This document shows positions 26,666 to 36,368 of a DNA stretch of 64,000 bases, piece by piece. The notes beneath the pieces were generated by a model. That model was not told where the DNA came from. It did not search any database and saw only the letters and a program-made list of their open reading frames with translations. The position numbers were made by a program, and so were the translations under genes. Every line of letters starts with the position of its first letter. Within the stretch, counting starts at the first letter, position 1. Source of the DNA: Candidatus Aenigmatarchaeota archaeon (GTDB lineage: Archaea; Aenigmatarchaeota; Aenigmatarchaeia; CG10238-14; SpSt-28); contig JAWBNO010000001.1 of the NCBI GenBank assembly GCA_039000725.1, positions 23,616 to 87,615 of the forward strand, written 5' to 3'.

Positions 26666-28084
26666 ATGGAAGAGAAAGAAATTAAGCCAGAAAGATTGCC
26701 TTCAAAAGAAAACTTTATAGAATGGTATAATGCTTTGCTTCAACTTGCAGAAATAGCAGATAGAAGATATCCTGTAAAAGGAACTTTTGTTTGGCTTCCA
26801 TACGGATTTAAAATAATGAAAAAATTGGTTGAAATTTGGAATAGAATTTTTGAAGAATATGGAATAGAAGAAGTTTACTTTCCGCTTTTCGTTCCTTTGG
26901 AATTTGCTAAAATAAATGAGGAATGGTTTGAAGGTTTTAAGGATGAAGCTTTTTACGTCAAAGATGAAGATTTAATCTTAAGACCTACTGGAGAGCCTGC
27001 CATGTATCCAATTTTTAAATATTGGATTATGGATGGTAAATTGCCTATTAGAATTGTTGAAACTGTTTCTTCTTTTAGAAAAGAAGGAAAAACAACTCAT
27101 ACAATGATAAGAGATAGAGAAATTACTTTTTGGCATGAAATTCATACAGTTCATAAAACCAAAGAAGAAGCTTATGAAGAAATGGAAAAACACAAAAGAA
27201 TTTATGAATATATATGGAAAGATATTCTAAACATTCCTCCAATTTGGGTAGAAAAGCCAAAATATGAAATATTTCCTGGAGCAGAAAGTGCTTATGAATT
27301 TTATACAATTTTACCAAATGGAAGATTGTTAGAAAATGGAAGTGTAAATAATTTGGGTCAAGCATATGCCAAAAAATTTGATTTATTTTATATCAATGAA
27401 AAAGGTGAAAAAGAGTATGTCTGGCAAGTTTGTACTGGTAATGGGGCTAGATTTTTAGTTGCTGTTATATCTTTACATGGAGATGAAAGAGGTTTAATTT
27501 TACCACCAAAAATATCTCCATATGATGTAGTTATAATAAATATACCAAAAGATAAAGAAAAATTTGAGAAAGAAGCTTTAGAATTAAAGAAAACATTAGA
27601 AAATTTCGGATTTAAAGTTTTTGCTGACCTTAGTGAAAAAACTCCTGGAGAAAAGTTTAATATTTGGGATATAAAGGGAGTACCAATTAGAATTGAAATT
27701 GGGGAAAAAGAAGTTAAAGAAAATTATTATACTGTTTACAGAAGAGATAAGAAAGAAAAAATTAAAGTTGAAAAAGAAAAAATAGTTCAAAAAATTAAGG
27801 AATTGCTAGAATTTGAAATACCCAAATATCTTTATGAAAAAATTAGCAAGTATTATTCAGAAGTTATAAAGTATTTTGATGATTTAGAAGAAGCTAAAAA
27901 ATGGATTAAAGAAGGTAAAGTTGCTAAGGTAAATTGGTGTGGAGATGAAAGATGTTTTAATGAAATAACTCTTATTGAAGCTTCTGTTGAGCCAATTGGA
28001 TTTTTACCTGAAGAAAAAGAAGGAAAATGCATAATTTGTGGAAAAGAAACTAAAAAATTAACTTTAATTGGAAAAACTTACTGA
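26666..28084 (+). CDS. proS: Prolyl-tRNA synthetase (archaeal type)
   Basis: Diagnostic segments are FIEWYNALLQLAEIADRRYPVKGTFVWLPYGFKIMK and ILRPTGEPAMYPIF, plus a class II core and a C-terminal Cys pair (CIICGK). The track ORF starts at TTG 26612; the ATG at 26666 (MEEKEIKPERL) gives a typical ~472-aa length. Confidence 0.85.
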   Translation: MEEKEIKPERLPSKENFIEWYNALLQLAEIADRRYPVKGTFVWLPYGFKIMKKLVEIWNRIFEEYGIEEVYFPLFVPLEFAKINEEWFEGFKDEAFYVKDEDLILRPTGEPAMYPIFKYWIMDGKLPIRIVETVSSFRKEGKTTHTMIRDREITFWHEIHTVHKTKEEAYEEMEKHKRIYEYIWKDILNIPPIWVEKPKYEIFPGAESAYEFYTILPNGRLLENGSVNNLGQAYAKKFDLFYINEKGEKEYVWQVCTGNGARFLVAVISLHGDERGLILPPKISPYDVVIINIPKDKEKFEKEALELKKTLENFGFKVFADLSEKTPGEKFNIWDIKGVPIRIEIGEKEVKENYYTVYRRDKKEKIKVEKEKIVQKIKELLEFEIPKYLYEKISKYYSEVIKYFDDLEEAKKWIKEGKVAKVNWCGDERCFNEITLIEASVEPIGFLPEEKEGKCIICGKETKKLTLIGKTY

Positions 28085-29404
28085 TAAAAATTTAGAAATT
28101 GCTTTAATTGCTCTTTCTGGAGATTCATAAACTGGAATTTTGTTCTCAATCATTCTTTCATAAATTGTTTTAGCTTTTTTTCCAGAAATGACAACAACTT
28201 TTGGTTTTTTAAAACTTAATATAGCTTCCACTATACTTTCATCTATTGATGGCACTTGAACTAAAACTATTATTAAATAAATATCAAATTCTTTGTATTT
28301 TTCCATAATTTTAAAAACATTTCTATATCTTTCAGAATCGGCATCAGCTATAATATCTATTGGATTTTTTAAACTAGCATAACTTGGTAAAACTTTTCTC
28401 AATTCTTCTTTCAATTTTTCACTAGGCTCTTTAAGTTTTATTCCATTTTTTTCAGCTTCATCTGAAGCTAAAACCCCAAAACCGCCAGCATTAGTAATTA
28501 TTGCTAAATTCTTACCAGAAACTTTTTCCAAATTTGAAAAAATTTTAACTAGATCTATAAGTTCTTCCCAAGTATTTGCCTCTATAACTCCAAACTGCTT
28601 CATTATATTTGAAAAAACTTTGTAATCTCCTGCCATGGAAGAAGTATGGGAAGCTACTGCTCTAGCACCAGTTTCTGTTTTTCCGCCTTTGAGTAAAATT
28701 ATTGGCTTCTTACATTTTTTAATAACTTCCAAAAATCTTTTTCCATCTTTTATTCCTTCTATAAATCCAGCTATAACTTTTGTTTTTTCATCTTTAGAAA
28801 AATACTCAATTAAATCACACTCATTAATATCACATCCATTTCCATAAGAAACTACTTTACTAACCCCAATTCCATTTTTTGAAAAGTTTTCCATAGCTAA
28901 AACAGCTATTGTTCCAGATTGGGAAAAGAAAGAAACATTTCCCTCCTTAGGTTTTTCTACATCAGAATCTAAGAAAAATGTAGCATCTAGATTAACTTCA
29001 GGATTATAAATTCCTATTGTGTTTGGGCCAACTATTCTAATTTTATTTTCTTTCGCAATTTCAACTAGTTCTTTCTCCAATTTTTTTCCTTCTTCTCCAC
29101 TTTCAGAAAAGCCAGCAGAAATTATAACAACATTCTTTATTCCTTTTTTTCCACATTCTTTTAAAATTGAAGGAACTATAGAAGCTTTAACAGCAACTAT
29201 AGCTAAATCTATTTCATAATCAATATTAAGAACGGAAGGAAAAGATTTTAAACCTAATATTTCTTTTGCGTTTGGATTTACTGGATAAACTTTTCCTTTA
29301 AATTTTTCTTTTAAATTTTTCAACAAAACAAAACCAATTTTTCTTTCTTCTCTACTTGCACCTATAACAGCAACAGATTTTGGATAAAAAACCTTTTCCA
29401 TCAT
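28064..29404 (-). CDS. acdA: Acetyl-CoA synthetase (ADP-forming), alpha subunit (CoA-binding/ligase-CoA domains)
   Basis: Motifs are VAVIGASREERKIG (CoA-binding) and VASHTSSMAG (phospho-His loop). The track start is 29419. The ATG at 29402-29404 is preceded by GGAGGT and overlaps the upstream stop (ATGA), so it is the preferred start. Confidence 0.75.
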   Translation of the reverse strand: MMEKVFYPKSVAVIGASREERKIGFVLLKNLKEKFKGKVYPVNPNAKEILGLKSFPSVLNIDYEIDLAIVAVKASIVPSILKECGKKGIKNVVIISAGFSESGEEGKKLEKELVEIAKENKIRIVGPNTIGIYNPEVNLDATFFLDSDVEKPKEGNVSFFSQSGTIAVLAMENFSKNGIGVSKVVSYGNGCDINECDLIEYFSKDEKTKVIAGFIEGIKDGKRFLEVIKKCKKPIILLKGGKTETGARAVASHTSSMAGDYKVFSNIMKQFGVIEANTWEELIDLVKIFSNLEKVSGKNLAIITNAGGFGVLASDEAEKNGIKLKEPSEKLKEELRKVLPSYASLKNPIDIIADADSERYRNVFKIMEKYKEFDIYLIIVLVQVPSIDESIVEAILSFKKPKVVVISGKKAKTIYERMIENKIPVYESPERAIKAISKFLSVSFSN

Positions 29405-30030
29405 CTTATAAACCTCCAATCTACTACATAAACCCCTTTCTCATTTATTATAACTGGATTAAAATCAAATTCTTTTATGTTTTCCTTTAAAAACATATTC
29501 CCAGATCTTAAAATTAGTTCAAACAAAGATTTTAAATTAAATTTTTTTCCTCTAAAACCTTTAAGTATTTCATAAACTTTAATTTCCTTGACCATTTCTT
29601 CTACATCTTTTAAATAAATTGGTAAAACCCTAATTGAAATATCTTTGTAAATTTCAGTAAAAATACCGCCTGCCCCAAAAACTATAACCTTTCCAAAAAC
29701 ATTATCAGTTTTTCCACCAACGAAAATTTCCAAGCCATTTATTTGTTTTTGTAAAACAAAACTTTCAATTCTAGAATTTTTGTTATACGAAAAAACGTTG
29801 CAAAGTAAATCTTTATAGGCTTTTTCAAGCTCCTTTTTGTTTCTAATATCTAAAATTACACTTTTAGCTTCAGTTTTATGAACTATATCTGGAGAATAAA
29901 CTTTCAATACAGCTTTATCGAAATTTTTAATTCTATTTTTCAAATATTCAATTTCTAAAGAAAAATAGCTTTCAACTATAGGAATTCTATATTTTTTTAT
30001 AATTTTTAAACTTTCTTTCAAACTTAACAT
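29401..30030 (-). CDS. acdB: Acetyl-CoA synthetase (ADP-forming), beta subunit (ATP-grasp)
   Basis: 209-aa ATP-grasp-like ORF (VFGAGGIFTEIYKDISIRVLP) immediately upstream of, and overlapping, the alpha-subunit gene. Confidence 0.65.
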   Translation of the reverse strand: MLSLKESLKIIKKYRIPIVESYFSLEIEYLKNRIKNFDKAVLKVYSPDIVHKTEAKSVILDIRNKKELEKAYKDLLCNVFSYNKNSRIESFVLQKQINGLEIFVGGKTDNVFGKVIVFGAGGIFTEIYKDISIRVLPIYLKDVEEMVKEIKVYEILKGFRGKKFNLKSLFELILRSGNMFLKENIKEFDFNPVIINEKGVYVVDWRFIR

Positions 30031-30051
30031 AATTTTTATTAAAAAATGAAG

Positions 30052-32496
30052 TTAAATCTTAGAAAAAAATTTAGCTAAACCTTCAGTCTTTTTTCCTAAA
30101 ATATCCTCTTTATCATATCCTAACGCTTTTAAAACTCTTAAAGAAGCTGGAATTATTTGATGCTCAATATAATATTCTGAATCATAATCTTCTATAGTAA
30201 CTAATTCTGCAGGCATTGCCCTATCTGAAATGCTTCCACTTCCTTTAGTTATAACAAAACCTATAACAGAGCCTTCAGTAACTAAAATTCCTCTTTCTCT
30301 TGCTTTCATTGCTGCTTTCACATGAGGACCAATTTGCTCATACATACTCAATGGCTTAGTTATTTGTTCATATATTATCAAATCTTCTAATCGAATCTTT
30401 CTTTCTTTTAAGCTTTTTATTACATCTCTAACAAACTTCAAAGCTAATTCTGGATTTTTATCCTTCAATACAAACTCTAAAACTTTTCTTTGAACCTCTT
30501 TTGCAAGCTTACACCAATCTCTTCTTACAACTTCAAAACCTCTAATTTCTAAATTTCCACTTTTATCTAACAAAGCGTATCTCTTTTTAGCTCCAGTTTC
30601 TCCCTTTTCTCTAGCAACAAAAATTCCTCTAATATAAATTCCTCTAAACTCTAATTCAATTATACCAGGCAAATTACTATTAACCTTTTCGGCAAACTTC
30701 TTAGCTTCTTCTTCTAAATTTTCTACATTTTTAGTTAAAAAAACGCTGTCGGTATCTCCATAAATTATTTCAAAATTTTCTTCAGAAGCCATTTGAAGCA
30801 CTTTTTTAATATAATATCTCCCAAATGCTGCTGTAGATTCTGCACACTCTCTTTTATACCATCTTGCACCAACGAAAGCAAAATAGCCATACATAGCATT
30901 AGAAATTATTTTTGTAGCATACTGTTCATTATCTAAAATTTTATATTCAATTGAGTCTTTAGAAAATTTCTTCATTTCCTCTTTCAATTTTTTCCTTCTT
31001 TCGATTAGCAACTTAAGATTTTTAGGTATAAATCCTTCTTGCTTAATACAAAAATGATATTTAGTTTCGGGAACAGAATTTTTTTCTTTGCATTCTTTAT
31101 GCTCACAATTTAAAGTTTCTGGAGATATATTATGAGTTGAAATTATAGTTGGGTACAAAGATCTAAAATCTAAAACAGCTATGTTTTCATGAATTCCTTT
31201 CTTTGGCTCAACTACAATAGCTCCCTTATATGGCAACTCTCTCATTCTAATTTCTTTTTCTTCTGTTTTAGGACTATTTGGTATTATCATATTTTCTTCA
31301 GAAGCTTTTTTAATAAGATAAGATTCGACCAATTGAGAATAGCTATATCTACAGACATCAAAAGGTAATTCTCCTACAACTCTAGATATAGAAAATATTT
31401 GAGGTAGTATTATTTTGCTTAATTCATAAGTCAAATAAGCATCTTGCAAGCTGTATTCAGCAATTCTATTTAACTCTTTTTTTTCTTTCCATAAATCTGT
31501 CATTTCACTATAATCTAAGTCTTTTTTACCTTCCCCTATTAATTCTTTGGAAACTTCATCTAGGCTTAAAACTTCTGTTTTTAAAGTTGAAGAAAGAATG
31601 CCTTCTACAAACTGATACAAATCTATATGGACAACTCCAAAACATTTTGCTGCAGACTCTCTTCCCCTCCTCACAAACTCTAATTCTTCTTCATCTATAC
31701 CAAAACCAAATTTGATTTTTAAACTTCTTGCCTTTTCTCTCAGCTTTAAAAAATCAAAAGCATCTCCATTATAAGTTACGACAAAATCTGGCTTCTCTTC
31801 TTTTAATATCTCCACCAATCTTTTTATCATTTTTTCTTCACTAGGACAACTCTCAACAAAATCTAAACTTCCCTCCCATTTAGATAAAGCTAAAACCTTT
31901 TTCCAATTTTTAGAAAATAAACTGATCATAATTAATCTCTCCTTATTTTCAACCTCAACCCATTCCGTATCTAAAGAAATTACTTTAACTTCAGGCTCAA
32001 AAATGTTTTCAATTTGTTTTATTTCTTTGGCATTAACTACAATGTCAACATCGTATTTCTTATCTTTAACAATTTCACCTTCAACTTCTATCCAAGAACA
32101 TGGTTTTAACTTAAAATCTATTAAAAATCTTTTATAAAAGGAAATATTATATTCAAATGTTTCTTCCACTTCATCAATTTCTTTAACAAAATCTCTAACA
32201 TCTTTAATTTTTCTAGGATTTTCTACTACAATTTTTATAAATTTTTTTACTCTATTTTCAATCTTTTTTTCCACATAATCTAAAAACAAAATCCTTGTTG
32301 GTAGATTTTTTAGCTCTCTTATTTTATTATAGACCTCTTCCTCTTTACCTTCAGTTGGCAAAACAAAAAAATAGTTATAAAATTCTTTTTTTACTAAAAC
32401 TCTTTTTCCTTCTCTATTTTTTCCAAATAAAAGAATTATTCCCTTATTGTTATCAATTTCGTAAGAAATATCTATAAAAAATATTTCCTCTCTCAT
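30052..32496 (-). CDS. polB: Family B DNA polymerase (no intein)
   Basis: 814 aa. The motifs are DFRSLYPTII (motif A), YGDTDS (motif C, in IIYGDTDSVFL), an exonuclease region (ISLDTEW, YNGDAFDF), and KKRYA. Confidence 0.9.
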   Translation of the reverse strand: MREEIFFIDISYEIDNNKGIILLFGKNREGKRVLVKKEFYNYFFVLPTEGKEEEVYNKIRELKNLPTRILFLDYVEKKIENRVKKFIKIVVENPRKIKDVRDFVKEIDEVEETFEYNISFYKRFLIDFKLKPCSWIEVEGEIVKDKKYDVDIVVNAKEIKQIENIFEPEVKVISLDTEWVEVENKERLIMISLFSKNWKKVLALSKWEGSLDFVESCPSEEKMIKRLVEILKEEKPDFVVTYNGDAFDFLKLREKARSLKIKFGFGIDEEELEFVRRGRESAAKCFGVVHIDLYQFVEGILSSTLKTEVLSLDEVSKELIGEGKKDLDYSEMTDLWKEKKELNRIAEYSLQDAYLTYELSKIILPQIFSISRVVGELPFDVCRYSYSQLVESYLIKKASEENMIIPNSPKTEEKEIRMRELPYKGAIVVEPKKGIHENIAVLDFRSLYPTIISTHNISPETLNCEHKECKEKNSVPETKYHFCIKQEGFIPKNLKLLIERRKKLKEEMKKFSKDSIEYKILDNEQYATKIISNAMYGYFAFVGARWYKRECAESTAAFGRYYIKKVLQMASEENFEIIYGDTDSVFLTKNVENLEEEAKKFAEKVNSNLPGIIELEFRGIYIRGIFVAREKGETGAKKRYALLDKSGNLEIRGFEVVRRDWCKLAKEVQRKVLEFVLKDKNPELALKFVRDVIKSLKERKIRLEDLIIYEQITKPLSMYEQIGPHVKAAMKARERGILVTEGSVIGFVITKGSGSISDRAMPAELVTIEDYDSEYYIEHQIIPASLRVLKALGYDKEDILGKKTEGLAKFFSKI

Positions 32497-32533
32497 AAGG
32501 TAATTTCTAAAATTTAAAATTAATTTTAATACC

Positions 32534-34576
32534 TTATACTATTTCATTAGAAATTTTAACTCCATTGAAAGATTTAACTATCTTTTCATTTTCTCTAACT
32601 GGTAAATCAATATACTTGTTTTCTATCATCACAAAACCCTTTTGATCTAATTCCAAAGTGGTTATCCATGCTCCTTTCTGAATTAGCAAACCTTTTGTTT
32701 CAACATATTCATCTGGATATTTCATACAAGGAACTAAATAGGTTGGAAAATGGAGAGGATCGTAAATAAATATTGCTCTATGATAGTTTCCTATCAATAG
32801 TACTCTATTTTTACCGTTACCTATTAACTTTAAGTATCTGTAAAATTTCCTGGCATTATAACCAAGTGTATCGGCAGAACCACCTTGAGGATGAACCATA
32901 TTAATTTTCAATTTATTATCATTATAATTAAATTCCACTGTACCCCTTTCTTCTCCGACAAAGATTATCTTATTTTTAGATTCTTCTCTAGAATATAGTT
33001 GTGATACTAACTCCAAAAGATCTAAACCTATTAATTTAGATATTTTAGTATCATGATTTCCTGTTATAAAGTACAAAGGTATTTCTTGTTTTGAGAAAAT
33101 ATCAAAAAAATTGAGAACATAATTTATCAAATCCTTAGCAGATTGTGTTCTTACTCTAAATCTTTGACCATTGTACAACTCTAAGCCAGGAACGCTTTCT
33201 GTTATATCACCCGCATGAAAAGCTGCTTCTACTTTTTCGTCTTTAGCAATACTAACAACAAAATATATATCTTCTATATTGGTATAATTGCTGTTTATAT
33301 GAGTATCTGAAAGATATAAATGTTTATGTTTTTCTCCTCTTTCTATAGTAGGATAATCAAACCTTTCTCTTAATGGTAGTTCTATATAAAATTTGTGCTC
33401 TCTTTCAACTATTATATTATTTTCTCTCTCATTTATTCTGTATATAATATCTCTAACTTCATCTTCTCTCATTCTCAAGTTCCTGCAAATATCACCTATA
33501 GATGCTGGAGATTTTTCTATTATATATTCAACTAATGCTTTTTCTTTAGTGTCTTGTATTTTTGGATATTCATAAAAGTCATTTTGTTTAGCGTATCTAG
33601 ATAAATTATACAATCTCGTTTTTATTCCTTTTAATTTTCTTATTCCATTTATTTTTGGTGCAAAATTCAACTCTAAAACGTAACATCCTATAAATGGTGA
33701 AACTCTTCTCATTTCCTTCATATATCGTGTTTGAAGGATTAAAGATGGCAAAGATATTATATAGTTGGCTCCACCATAGTTAGGAATTTCAAATGGCACA
33801 TGATATCCACCTAAAACTACTATGTTATAATAATCTTTATCAAAATCTAATTTCTCAACTCTTTCTTGAGCATCTCGAGTGTATGAGGATGTTACACCAT
33901 CATCGTTGTGAGTAGAAACTAAATAAATTCTAACATTTGTTCTATAAACTTCTTGAAAGGGTCTTTCTTCTAATCTAATATCATTTCTTAATCTACATAA
34001 TTCTCTAATTTGATTAACTTCAACGAATCTGCCATCAACTCTAAAAAGAGCTATATCTCTTTTTGTTGGCAAAATATGGGTTTTAACTCCTTCTATTTTA
34101 GGATATATTTTTGCAACGTATCTTATTCTTCTTGTCAGTTCTTCCATTTCTGGTAAATATTCCGCCTTTTTTGATGGTGCTCTTTTATAGGCAATAGTAT
34201 CTTGAAATAGACCTATTGAATCTATCCAAACTACATCTTCAATCTCAAAAATTTTATATGCAGCATAAAGAGCAGATATTGTAGAATATCTAGAAAGTAG
34301 CCTTGGGTTACTAATAAAACCTACTAAAATTTTTCTAGTAAGGTCAGAAACTTTTTTAAATCCACTTAACTCCTTAAGGGAAAACCTTTTTTTGTGTTTA
34401 TCATAATAGATATCAATCTTAAATTCGTCTTCTATTTTTTCCAGTATATCTAATACTTGTGTGCTCGTATAATTTCCTATAATTTTTTTTATTTCCTGAA
34501 AATCAATTACTCTATTTTCATTTTCAACAAAAAAATCATAAATTAATTTTTTTATTTTGTTTTCTTCACTATTCAT
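32534..34576 (-). CDS. Large calcineurin-like metallophosphoesterase-domain protein with wHTH-like segments; function unknown
   Basis: The C-terminal domain has the full MPE motif set: LSDTH, HAGD, ITGNHD, VHPQGG and IGNYH. The central segment (VLGGYH...ISLPSL) looks like a partial second MPE. It ends 38 nt upstream of polB on the same strand. Confidence 0.5.
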   Translation of the reverse strand: MNSEENKIKKLIYDFFVENENRVIDFQEIKKIIGNYTSTQVLDILEKIEDEFKIDIYYDKHKKRFSLKELSGFKKVSDLTRKILVGFISNPRLLSRYSTISALYAAYKIFEIEDVVWIDSIGLFQDTIAYKRAPSKKAEYLPEMEELTRRIRYVAKIYPKIEGVKTHILPTKRDIALFRVDGRFVEVNQIRELCRLRNDIRLEERPFQEVYRTNVRIYLVSTHNDDGVTSSYTRDAQERVEKLDFDKDYYNIVVLGGYHVPFEIPNYGGANYIISLPSLILQTRYMKEMRRVSPFIGCYVLELNFAPKINGIRKLKGIKTRLYNLSRYAKQNDFYEYPKIQDTKEKALVEYIIEKSPASIGDICRNLRMREDEVRDIIYRINERENNIIVEREHKFYIELPLRERFDYPTIERGEKHKHLYLSDTHINSNYTNIEDIYFVVSIAKDEKVEAAFHAGDITESVPGLELYNGQRFRVRTQSAKDLINYVLNFFDIFSKQEIPLYFITGNHDTKISKLIGLDLLELVSQLYSREESKNKIIFVGEERGTVEFNYNDNKLKINMVHPQGGSADTLGYNARKFYRYLKLIGNGKNRVLLIGNYHRAIFIYDPLHFPTYLVPCMKYPDEYVETKGLLIQKGAWITTLELDQKGFVMIENKYIDLPVRENEKIVKSFNGVKISNEIV

Positions 34577-34671
34577 TTTATAATTTGAAAAAAATTATAA
34601 ATTTTTTATAATCTTCAGAATTATATAAATTGTAATAAACAAAAAAATTTAAAAGAATTTCTATAATTTTT

Positions 34672-35331
34672 TTATAGTCTCGCACTATAGCAAAATTTTC
34701 TTATGAGGCACATTTTACAATTCGGTTTTTTTGGCTTGCAAATATTTTTACCAAAAATAACAAAAAGATTGTTGATATCTTTCCATAAATTTCTTGGAAC
34801 AATTTTCTTAAGTTGAATTTCTGTCTCTTCTGGTTTTTTAGTTTTTACAAAACCTAATCTATTGAAAATTCTGTGAACATGAGTATCAACAGCTATAGTT
34901 GGAATATTAAAAACGTATGAAAGAATTATGTTAGCTGTTTTTCTACCCACCCCTGGCAACTTTAACAATTCTTTTTCATCAGATGGTATTTTACCATTAT
35001 ACTTTTCCTCTAACAATTTAGCTAGCTTTACCAAATTTTTAGCCTTACTATTATAAAAACCTACGGGATAAATTTTCTCTCTTAATTCTTTTTCACTAAA
35101 TTTTAATAAGTCCTTAGGTTCTTTTATCTCTTTAAATAATTTTTCAGAAACCTTTTCTGTTAATTCATCTTTAGTCCTTGCACTTAAAATTGTAGCAACC
35201 AAAATTTGAAATGGTGTATAACCTTTTTTAACAAACCTAGAAACCATAGTTTCTTGGTTAATATAACCTTTTAATATGTGAAATATATTTTCTATTTTTC
35301 TCTTCATAAAAATTTTTATATCAAAAATCAA
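34672..35331 (-). CDS. nth: Endonuclease III (HhH-GPD DNA glycosylase with an Fe-S cluster loop)
   Basis: HhH motif LPGVGRKTANIIL, catalytic-region VDTHVHR, and C-terminal CKPKKPNCKMCLIRKFC. An alternative start is the ATG at 35307. Confidence 0.85.
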   Translation of the reverse strand: MIFDIKIFMKRKIENIFHILKGYINQETMVSRFVKKGYTPFQILVATILSARTKDELTEKVSEKLFKEIKEPKDLLKFSEKELREKIYPVGFYNSKAKNLVKLAKLLEEKYNGKIPSDEKELLKLPGVGRKTANIILSYVFNIPTIAVDTHVHRIFNRLGFVKTKKPEETEIQLKKIVPRNLWKDINNLFVIFGKNICKPKKPNCKMCLIRKFCYSARL

Positions 35332-35400
35332 AAAATTAATCAGAAGTTAAAGATAGGTGGAGAAAGATGGCAAAGAAGAAGAAAAAATAAAATAAGTTTT

Positions 35401-36342
35401 TTATTCCTCCTCTTTTTTATTTTTTATTTTTTTAAATAGTTCCTTCAAATAATTCTTTACATTAACATCAACTTCTTTTTTATGTAATTTATCCCTCCAA
35501 ACCTCTAAGAATAAATTTTCTAAACCATAATATTCAGCTGCAGTACAAACTTCTTTTTCAAAGTTTTTTGCAAAACCAAAGATATCAGATATTTTTTCTT
35601 TGTAAGAAATGTCTCTAACAATATGATGATCAAGAATAATTTTCTTAACTTTACTTTCTTTCAAAAATTTCATTAAATTAGTTTTCGCATTCAAAAAAGA
35701 TGTTTTGCTCATTCTATATCCTAAAAACAAAGTTGGAAAACCATCTATTATAGCAAAATCTGGATTTTCTTCTATCGCAAAATCTAAAGCCTCTTTATTT
35801 GCTAAACTTTGTGCATCACTTCCAAAAAGAAACTTTTTGTTTTTATACTCAATAGAAACCATCAAAACTTTCCCCACTTGACTATTTTCTTCTCCATGCC
35901 AAACTCCTTTTGAAAACTTTATTAAAGTGCTTCCAAATTTTAGTTTTTGAGCATCGCAAAAAATTATTTCACTTGCTCTATTTTTTATTCTTTCGTAAAA
36001 TAATCTTCCTCTTGTTTTTCCAGAATGATGAATATCTTTGTTTATATCTTTAATTAAAACAACTTTATTATCAAATAAAGAATACATTTCGTCATCATCT
36101 GGAAATGGATGATGATCATAATGATAATGAGTAACAATAAAAATTTTACAATCTTTAGCTTCTTCTATAATCTTCTTCCTTAAAATTTCTAGAGCTTCAA
36201 ACTCCTCTTTTGATGGCTCTAAGCCGTATCTATATGGACCTAAGGCTATTCCCGGATCAATAAAAATTTTAAAATCAGTAATGATCTTAGTTGCTTGACT
36301 TCTTACACCAAATGAATCAAACGCTATTGGTAATATTTTCAT
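35401..36342 (-). CDS. Metallo-beta-lactamase-fold hydrolase (UPF0282-like)
   Basis: HxHxDH-type motif THYHYDHH; 313 aa. Confidence 0.55.
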   Translation of the reverse strand: MKILPIAFDSFGVRSQATKIITDFKIFIDPGIALGPYRYGLEPSKEEFEALEILRKKIIEEAKDCKIFIVTHYHYDHHPFPDDDEMYSLFDNKVVLIKDINKDIHHSGKTRGRLFYERIKNRASEIIFCDAQKLKFGSTLIKFSKGVWHGEENSQVGKVLMVSIEYKNKKFLFGSDAQSLANKEALDFAIEENPDFAIIDGFPTLFLGYRMSKTSFLNAKTNLMKFLKESKVKKIILDHHIVRDISYKEKISDIFGFAKNFEKEVCTAAEYYGLENLFLEVWRDKLHKKEVDVNVKNYLKELFKKIKNKKEEE

Positions 36343-36368
36343 AGAAATTATTGTTTTTTAGCAAAATT

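Noticed and set aside
28064-28084. A 21-nt convergent overlap of the proS and acdA 3' ends
   Set aside because: This is a real overlap of stop-proximal codons, common in compact genomes, and nothing suggests regulation.
32534-34576. The 680-aa phosphoesterase as the PolD small subunit (DP1)
   Set aside because: The MPE motifs are present, but the spacing and flanking residues do not match canonical DP1 (no SD[IV]H[IV]GS...GD.VDG...PGNHD pattern). No OB-fold-like segment was recognised, and no DP2 gene is nearby.
35356-35390. A mini-ORF ATG-GCA-AAG-AAG-AAG-AAA-AAA-TAA (MAKKKKK) with a good SD (GGTGGAG) 4 nt upstream, on the plus strand between two minus-strand genes
   Set aside because: Seven codons in A-rich intergenic DNA can arise by chance, and there is no supporting context. 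It is only worth revisiting if ribosome profiling exists.
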